The position numbers and the translations under genes were made by a program. A DNA stretch of 12,437 nucleotides from positions 1 through 12,437 of the forward strand of contig JANNXQ010000037.1 in assembly GCA_031409655.1 (NCBI GenBank), read 5' to 3'. Under the pieces are notes generated by a model. The model made no database searches. It was not told the DNA's origin and saw nothing but the letters and a program-made list of their open reading frames with translations. Position 1 is the first letter of the stretch; each line of letters opens with the position of its first letter. The DNA comes from Chthoniobacteraceae bacterium. Lineage in GTDB: Bacteria; Verrucomicrobiota; Verrucomicrobiia; Chthoniobacterales; Chthoniobacteraceae. Shown piece by piece: positions 6,879 through 12,437 of the stretch.

Positions 6879-7898
6879 GTGCCCGACCATCCCGCCAAAA
6901 TCGCCGACGAACCGCCGAATACCCCTTTCGACATCTCGCTGCGGCCGCCGATGTTCAGCGAGTTCGCGGGACAGGAGAAAGTCTGCGCCCGGCTCGAACT
7001 CATGGTGCAAGCCTCGCAGCAGCGCGGCGACGTCCTCGAGCACATCCTCCTGAGCGGTCCGCCGGGACTCGGCAAAACCACGCTCGCTTACATCCTCGCC
7101 ACGTCGATGAGCGTGAACATCAAGAGCACCAGCGGACCGACGATCGAGAAAGCTGGCGATCTCGCCGGACTGCTCACGACGCTCGAACGCGGCGACGTGC
7201 TTTTCATCGATGAAATCCACCGCCTCTCTCCGGCCATCGAGGAGTATCTCTATCCGGCGATGGAGGACTACAAACTCGACATCATCATCGACCAGGGGCC
7301 GAACGCCCGCAGTGTGCGGCTGAACTTGCCGAAGTTCACGCTCATCGGCGCGACGACGCGCGCGGGGATGATCAGTGCGCCGCTGCGTTCCCGTTTCGGG
7401 ATGACCTGCCGGCTCGACTACTACACGGCGGATGAGTTGCAGCGGATCGTCCTGCGCAGCGCCACGCTGCTCGGCGTGGAGATTGATGATCCGGGCGCGT
7501 TGGAGATCGCTTCCCGCAGCCGCGGCACCCCGCGCATCGCGAATAATCTCCTGCGCTGGGTGCGCGATTTCGCGCAAGTGCGGGCCGGGAACAAGATCAA
7601 CCGCGACGTCGCCGACCAGGCGCTCACGATGCGCGACATCGACCGCGACGGCTTCGACGAAATGGACATGCGCATCCTCGAAGCACTGATCCACAAATTT
7701 GCCGGCGGCCCCGTCGGCGTGAGTTCGCTGGCCGTGGCGGTCGGCGAAGACGCCGGCACGCTGGAGGACGTGAACGAGCCGTATCTCATCATGCAAGGCT
7801 ACCTGAAGCGGACGCCGCAGGGCCGCGTCGCCCTGCCGCACGCTTATAAAAAACTCGGTCTCGCCCCGCCGCAGCGCGAGGCCGGGCTTTTCTCGTAG
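6879..7898 (+). CDS. ruvB: Holliday junction branch migration helicase RuvB, ~339 aa
   Basis: SLRP, Walker [10 protein letters not shown], Walker [35 protein letters not shown] and EPYL...RTPQGR. Start placed at GTG 6879 because the ORF extension to 6807 is only translated heptamer repeat. Confidence 0.96.
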   Translation: MPDHPAKIADEPPNTPFDISLRPPMFSEFAGQEKVCARLELMVQASQQRGDVLEHILLSGPPGLGKTTLAYILATSMSVNIKSTSGPTIEKAGDLAGLLTTLERGDVLFIDEIHRLSPAIEEYLYPAMEDYKLDIIIDQGPNARSVRLNLPKFTLIGATTRAGMISAPLRSRFGMTCRLDYYTADELQRIVLRSATLLGVEIDDPGALEIASRSRGTPRIANNLLRWVRDFAQVRAGNKINRDVADQALTMRDIDRDGFDEMDMRILEALIHKFAGGPVGVSSLAVAVGEDAGTLEDVNEPYLIMQGYLKRTPQGRVALPHAYKKLGLAPPQREAGLFS

Positions 7899-7982
7899 CC
7901 AGGCGCTCCGACTCACGCTTGGCGGGCCGTGTCCGAAAGTGCCGCTTCGCTCGGTGCTGCGGATGCAAACTCCAGCAAATCT

Positions 7983-8576
7983 ATGGCCGCAAAATTCATG
8001 CAGCTCGCAATCACGGCCGACGTCCAGGCCGCGCAGGAACGATATTTTGGGAAGCATCAAGCCATCGCCGGCGCGCCCGAGCGGGATCCATTCACTGCCG
8101 ATGAAGCCGCCTTCATCGCGCGCCGCGACAGCTTCTACATGGCCACGACAAACAGCGACGGCTGGCCCTATCTCCAGCACCGCGGCGGCCCCGCCGGTTT
8201 CCTGAAAGTGCTCAGCCCGCACCGGCTCGGCTTTGCGGATTTCAAAGGCAACCGCCAACTGCTCACGACCGGGAACCTCGACGGCAACGATCGCGTCGCG
8301 CTCTTCCTCATGGACTACCCCAATCGCGAGCGCCTGAAAATCCTCGGCCACGCCCGCGTCCTCGACGCCCGCGAGCACCCCGACCTCGCCGATCAACTCA
8401 CGCCGACGCCCGAACTCCGCGACAAAATCGAGCGCCTCTTCCTGATCGAAGTCGTGAGCTTCGACTGGAACTGCCCGCAATACATCACCCCCCGCTTTAG
8501 CGCCGCGGAGGTGGAAACGATCGCCGCTCCGCTAAAGGCGCGCATCGCGGAGCTCGAGAAGCAACTGAGGCAATAG
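7983..8576 (+). CDS. Pyridoxamine 5'-phosphate oxidase family (FMN-binding split-barrel) protein, ~197 aa
   Basis: Motifs FIARRDSFYMAT, GWPYLQHRGGPAGFL, ADFKGNRQ..T.GNL, RVALFLMDY..R.RLKILGHA and FDWNCPQYITPR, with a C-terminal coiled-coil-like tail. ATG 7983 preferred over GTG 7929. It is not the canonical PdxH. Confidence 0.88.
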   Translation: MAAKFMQLAITADVQAAQERYFGKHQAIAGAPERDPFTADEAAFIARRDSFYMATTNSDGWPYLQHRGGPAGFLKVLSPHRLGFADFKGNRQLLTTGNLDGNDRVALFLMDYPNRERLKILGHARVLDAREHPDLADQLTPTPELRDKIERLFLIEVVSFDWNCPQYITPRFSAAEVETIAAPLKARIAELEKQLRQ

Positions 8577-8672
8577 CGCCGCGACGCAGAGCGAAGGAGA
8601 GCCAGCGTTGATAGTCGCTCGCATCCTGGCACTGCCCTTGAGTCTTCCAGAGAACGGCCCGCGAGGGTGCAC

Positions 8673-8959
8673 TCATTGCCGGCGCCAGACTTTTGCGCAG
8701 CAAAGATTCCCCTTAACACCATCCGCCGCCGCACCAGCACGGATGGTCTGCAGAGTGGTGAAGCGGAACGATTCCCATGTTCGTTCCCGATCGTGAGCCG
8801 TGGAGGGCGAGCCTGTGGCACTCGTTAAGATGGTGGCTGAAGTCGCAGCGCCCGGGCGATCAAGGATGACCTTCGCTGCGGCTCGCTGCCAGGGGCAATG
8901 AGCTGGCCAAGGAGCAGTGCGATGAGGAGTCGGAGACTGGTTTTCAGATTGATAGTCAC
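8673..8959 (-). pseudogene. Probable frameshifted/truncated remnant of a secreted protein
   Basis: GTG at 8959 overlaps the upstream TGA (GTGA) and reads MTINLKTSLRLLIALLLGQLIAPG (signal-peptide-like), stopping at 8825. A shifted frame continues ..RAAAKVILDRPGAATSATILTSATGSPSTAHDRERTWESFRFTTLQTIRA.. to TGA at 8673. Confidence 0.45.
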
Positions 8960-11900
8960 GGGAGCTTCAGACGGTAAAACACGCTCCGGGCATTCTGGCT
9001 CGCGGAGTCTGGGCAGAGCATCACTCCTTCGTCGCCAATGGTGACAGTTTCGAGAGGGTCCCAGATTGATAAGTCGCTGGAGACTTCCACTTCGGCCACG
9101 ACGTCGACCGGGCCGCGGATTTCCACGGCGGGAGTTCCGTCCGCAGCAATGGTGACTTGCTCGATCCAGGCGAGTTCGGCGGGCGGGAGACCGGCGGGGA
9201 GCGCGCCGTTGTAGGGGATCAGCGCGGTGGAGACGCCGGCGCGGCCAGTGGCGTCGATCGGTGTGATGGTGACGCCCTTGTGCCAGACTGCGCCGGTCGG
9301 CACGAGGCCGAAGGAGTGGCTGGTACCAGGGGCGGTCATCGAGCGCGAATAGGAGCGGCTGCCCACCTGCCAGTGCATCGTGACGCGGTAGCTGGCGATG
9401 GGCAGGGCGTTGTCGAGCGGCGGTTGCCAGCTTGCGACGGCGCTGCCTGCATTGCTCGCGGCGATGGGATTGCGCACGGGGCCGGAGAAGTTCACGAGGA
9501 TGTTCACGGTCACGTCGCCCGAGCCGATTCGGTTGGTGACTCGGATGGTGACGGGGATGGTGCCGACATCGGTGGCGGAGGGCGTCCAGCGGCCTTCACC
9601 GGTGATGGGATTGAGCGTGAAATCGGCGGGCGCGCTGACGATGGAGTAACTCGCGGGGCCGAAGGCGGGATTCGATTTGGTGAATTGCACCACGGCGTCG
9701 TAGCCGGCGACGACGCCGGGGCTGCCATTGGCGTTGGCGATGGTCCAACCGACGACGGGCAGGCCAGGGCGCGGGATGAAGGATAGGTCGGGTGAGTTCG
9801 TCAGGCCGCGATTGTCGGTTTCGTCCACCGCATTGACATATAAGTTGTAAGTGCGGCCGGAGACCAGGCCGGTGAGGGTCACGTTCGGGGTGGCAGCCTC
9901 GGTTTGATAACTCACCTGATGCGTGCGGGTGGTGCGACCGGAGCGATAGCGCGCGGTGGCGAGGATGGTGTAGCCGGCGACGCGATCGGCTCCGATTCCG
10001 ACGGGCGGAGACCATGTGGCCGTAGGATAGAGATCGGTCAGGCCGGTGACTTGAAGATTCAAAACCGGCCCGGTGAAATGCACGTAGAACTCGAGAGTGA
10101 TCTCCGTGCTGCTGGCCGAATTGGTGGCGCGGACCATCACTGGACGGAGGCCGGCGTCGTCCGCTGTGGGCAGCCAGGAGAGCTGGCCGGTGCCCGCGTT
10201 GATCATCATGCCTGCGGGAGCCGAGACGATTTCATAAGTCGAAGTCGTGTGACTGGCATCGAGCACCTGCGCGGTCCACGGCGAGCCGGCGACGGCATCG
10301 CGAAGCCCGCCCGCGCCTGGCGCAAACTGCACGGAGAGCACCGGCACGTCGGGGCGCACGGTGAGGACCACGGAAGGATCGGCGATGCCGCCGGTATTGA
10401 TCGCGCGCATCACCAGCGTGTGCGTTCCGACATCAGCGGGCGATGGCATCCAGCTCGCCACGCCCGTCACCGGATCGACGGTCAGGCCCGCGGGGCCGGA
10501 GATGATGGAGAAGGTGGCCGCCGGATTCGCATTCACCCAGAACTGAAGCTGCAACGGGAAGTTCGCGGGCAGACTCGTCGCTCCCATATAACGGAAGGAC
10601 ACGGGCGGCGAGAGCGTCTTGAACGAGACGAGTGGAGAATTGGCCGATTGATTCCCCTCCGCGTCGAAGGTCCGCACGGAATAAATGTAAGAGGTCAGCG
10701 GCGGGAGGCCGGTGATGGTGGCGGTGTTGTCGTAGATATTTCCCCGCACGAGGGCGTAGCACCGCTGGATGCCGCGGAAGCCGCAGCGGTATTGCCGATA
10801 CACGGCGAAGTGATCCACGCCCGTTGCATCCGTGGCGCCACTCCAGGCGAGCGTCACGGACGTGGCGGTGACCTCCACGACGTGGACCTCGGTGGGTGCC
10901 GTGGGCGCGATGGTGTCGCTCACCACGGTGATGTTGAAGCTCTGATGGATGAAGCCTACGCGGTTCGTCGCGCGGACTGTTACCGCGTGGACGCCGACTT
11001 GTCCCGCGACCGGCTGCCAGCCGATGGAGCCGCTGGCCGGATCGATGGTCAGGCCCGCCGGACCCGTGACGAGTGAGAAGGTGGGCGCAGGATTTCCCAC
11101 GGCCCCCGCGAGGTAATCATAAGTGCGATCGAGCGAACCCGCGGTCACGGGCACGGTGTTAAAGATGGGCGCGGTTTCGGGGACGTTGAGTTGCTGGGTC
11201 TGAAAGTCGGACGCCGAGGCGATCCCGACCGCGTCGTAGCCACCGGAGACCAGCATTTTCCCCCCAGCGGTATAGATCGCGCCATGCGCAGACCGCGCGG
11301 CGGGCAGCGGCGTATCCAGCGACCATAGGCCCGTCGTGAGGTCATACACTTGCACCGTGGCCACCGCACCGGATGCGGAGAAGCCGCCAGTCACGTAGAT
11401 GCGGTCCTCGACCAGGACGGCCACCGCCTGGCGCACCGCCACCGGCATCGGCGCGAGCGCCTCCCAGGAATTGGAAGCGACGACGTAGCGATACGACGTG
11501 GCCTGCAACGCGCTAGCAGTCGCGCCGCCGAAAAGATAAATGTCCTCCGTGCCCACTCCGACCGCCGTCGCCCCGTAGCGCGCAGCCGGCAGCGCGGCGA
11601 TGGCCGACCACTCATCCTGCACCCAACCGTAACGCTCCGCGCTGGACAACACCTGGCCGGATTCGCCCAGGCCGCCGAAGGCATAACACTGGCCCGATCC
11701 ATCCGCCGCATACGCAAACTTCTGCCGCGGTGTGGACATCTGCGCCGCGTCCTGGCTGTCGCCGAGGTAGTAGTCGTAGAGCAGTGCCTCATCGGTCGGC
11801 GTATTGCCGCTGCGTCCGCCGAAGACCAGAATCCCGCCCCCGCCAGTGCGCACCACGCCGAGCCCGATGCGCGTGACGTCGATGGGGAAAGCGGTGGTCC

Positions 11901-12222
11901 AACTCGCGGCACCGTCCGGCAGCTTCGGCACGACGGTGTCACCGGATGGACTCACCCCGCCCATCAAGAGCACGGCGCTGCCCGGCGCGAGCACGGCCAC
12001 AGCCTCGGCTCGCGGCGAAGGCAGCCCCGGCCCCGAAACCCAGAGCAGCGAGCCTTGCGCCCCGGCGCGGAAGCCAGAGCCGAGCAAGGTCGCGAAGAAT
12101 ATGAGAGCGCCGAGCTGACGGATCAGCCCGGTCGCGTGGAGTGAATTCGAGGTGTTTATGGGATGCGTTCTGTTGGTTGTTTTGAGAGCCGCGAGGAGCG
12201 GAGGGGCTCGGGACGTTTTCAT
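8956..12222 (-). CDS. Large secreted protein: 6-blade Kelch propeller, 4 putative Ig (He_PIG/cadherin-like) domains, 3 fibronectin type III domains and a C-terminal SxDL..W..FYR domain
   Basis: Signal-like LGALIFFATLLGSGFRAGA|QG. Six Kelch blades (LLMGG, LVFGG, YAFGG, YLFGG, YVTGG, LVSGG). Four repeats of GPAGLT(I/V)DP..G...W.P....G...V.VRATN type. FN3 signatures DTIAPTAP...SVTLAW...ITGLPPLTSYIYSVRTFDAEGNQS. Start uncertain: 12294 (ORF maximum), ATG 12222 or ATA 12159. Confidence 0.85.
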   Translation of the reverse strand: MKTSRAPPLLAALKTTNRTHPINTSNSLHATGLIRQLGALIFFATLLGSGFRAGAQGSLLWVSGPGLPSPRAEAVAVLAPGSAVLLMGGVSPSGDTVVPKLPDGAASWTTAFPIDVTRIGLGVVRTGGGGILVFGGRSGNTPTDEALLYDYYLGDSQDAAQMSTPRQKFAYAADGSGQCYAFGGLGESGQVLSSAERYGWVQDEWSAIAALPAARYGATAVGVGTEDIYLFGGATASALQATSYRYVVASNSWEALAPMPVAVRQAVAVLVEDRIYVTGGFSASGAVATVQVYDLTTGLWSLDTPLPAARSAHGAIYTAGGKMLVSGGYDAVGIASASDFQTQQLNVPETAPIFNTVPVTAGSLDRTYDYLAGAVGNPAPTFSLVTGPAGLTIDPASGSIGWQPVAGQVGVHAVTVRATNRVGFIHQSFNITVVSDTIAPTAPTEVHVVEVTATSVTLAWSGATDATGVDHFAVYRQYRCGFRGIQRCYALVRGNIYDNTATITGLPPLTSYIYSVRTFDAEGNQSANSPLVSFKTLSPPVSFRYMGATSLPANFPLQLQFWVNANPAATFSIISGPAGLTVDPVTGVASWMPSPADVGTHTLVMRAINTGGIADPSVVLTVRPDVPVLSVQFAPGAGGLRDAVAGSPWTAQVLDASHTTSTYEIVSAPAGMMINAGTGQLSWLPTADDAGLRPVMVRATNSASSTEITLEFYVHFTGPVLNLQVTGLTDLYPTATWSPPVGIGADRVAGYTILATARYRSGRTTRTHQVSYQTEAATPNVTLTGLVSGRTYNLYVNAVDETDNRGLTNSPDLSFIPRPGLPVVGWTIANANGSPGVVAGYDAVVQFTKSNPAFGPASYSIVSAPADFTLNPITGEGRWTPSATDVGTIPVTIRVTNRIGSGDVTVNILVNFSGPVRNPIAASNAGSAVASWQPPLDNALPIASYRVTMHWQVGSRSYSRSMTAPGTSHSFGLVPTGAVWHKGVTITPIDATGRAGVSTALIPYNGALPAGLPPAELAWIEQVTIAADGTPAVEIRGPVDVVAEVEVSSDLSIWDPLETVTIGDEGVMLCPDSASQNARSVFYRLKLP

Positions 12223-12345
12223 AGGACGCGATTGGTTGCCGCCCGGGGTTGGGCGGAGGGGGGGCCAGCGGTGCAGACATGATCGTGCGCGCAACGCAAC
12301 GGAGCCATCTCCGCGAAATGACAGCCTAGATACTTTGCTCCGCTT

Positions 12346-12437
12346 CTACGACTGCGCCGCCGCCACCAGGTAGCCCGCGCCGCGGCGCGTGTGGACGAGC
12401 TTCGTCGCGTGGCCACCATCGACTTTCTTCCGCACGC
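12346..12437 (-). CDS. 3' end of an OmpR/PhoB-family response regulator (CusR/CopR/MprA-like); partial
   Basis: Not in the ORF track. The minus strand from 12435 reads VRKKVDGGHATKLVHTRRGAGYLVAAAQS* (TAG at 12346-12348), matching the Trans_reg_C C-terminal motif LR.K.D......LIHTVRG.GY. Confidence 0.88.
   Translation of the reverse strand, partial: VRKKVDGGHATKLVHTRRGAGYLVAAAQS

Noticed and set aside
7899..7922. Short hairpin CCAGGCG...CGCTTGG after ruvB as a terminator
   Set aside because: Only 7 bp with one G-U pair, a 10-nt loop and no U-tract; expected by chance at this GC content.
6852..8480. 542-aa minus-strand ORF spanning ruvB and the oxidase gene
   Set aside because: Antisense in-register shadow of two well-supported plus-strand genes that share a frame; no recognisable domains.
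9157..12144. Plus-strand ORFs of 209, 390 and 264 aa opposite the Kelch gene
   Set aside because: Antisense shadows with R/G/D/H-biased composition and no domain signatures.
12290..12335. Pho/Cus-box-like CTGTCAT half-site and a sigma54-like TGGC..TTGC upstream of the Kelch gene (minus strand)
   Set aside because: There is only one good half-site (the 11-bp-spaced partner matches 4/7), and the TGGC-TTGC spacing is 4 or 9 nt rather than the required 7.

Overview
GC-rich bacterial window, probably from a Verrucomicrobiota (Chthoniobacterales-like) genome. This is inferred from the SD-poor C/A-rich leaders, the DWPQWRG beta-propeller, the SxDL..W..FYR C-terminal domain and the heptamer hairpins. 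Left part: three overlapping genes (YfhO/GT-C membrane protein, ALG5/DPG-synthase-like GT2, class I SAM methyltransferase) forming a likely surface-glycosylation cassette, bracketed by two copies of the same GC-rich REP-like palindrome. Middle: on the minus strand coaX, a PQQ-like beta-propeller and an 88-aa winged-helix-like protein; on the plus strand a DUF2934-like protein, a heptamer-repeat hairpin, a stand-alone ruvB and a pyridoxamine 5'-phosphate oxidase-family protein. Right, all minus strand: the 3' end of an OmpR-family response regulator, a ~1.1-kaa secreted Kelch/Ig/FN3 protein with Arg-rich FN3 loop insertions and a probable C-terminal sorting domain, and a translationally coupled, frameshifted remnant of a second secreted protein. 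No CRISPR array, rRNA, tRNA or transposase was seen. The best candidates for undescribed biology are the Kelch/FN3 protein with its C-terminal domain and the REP-bracketed glycosylation cassette; neither is proven novel from sequence alone.
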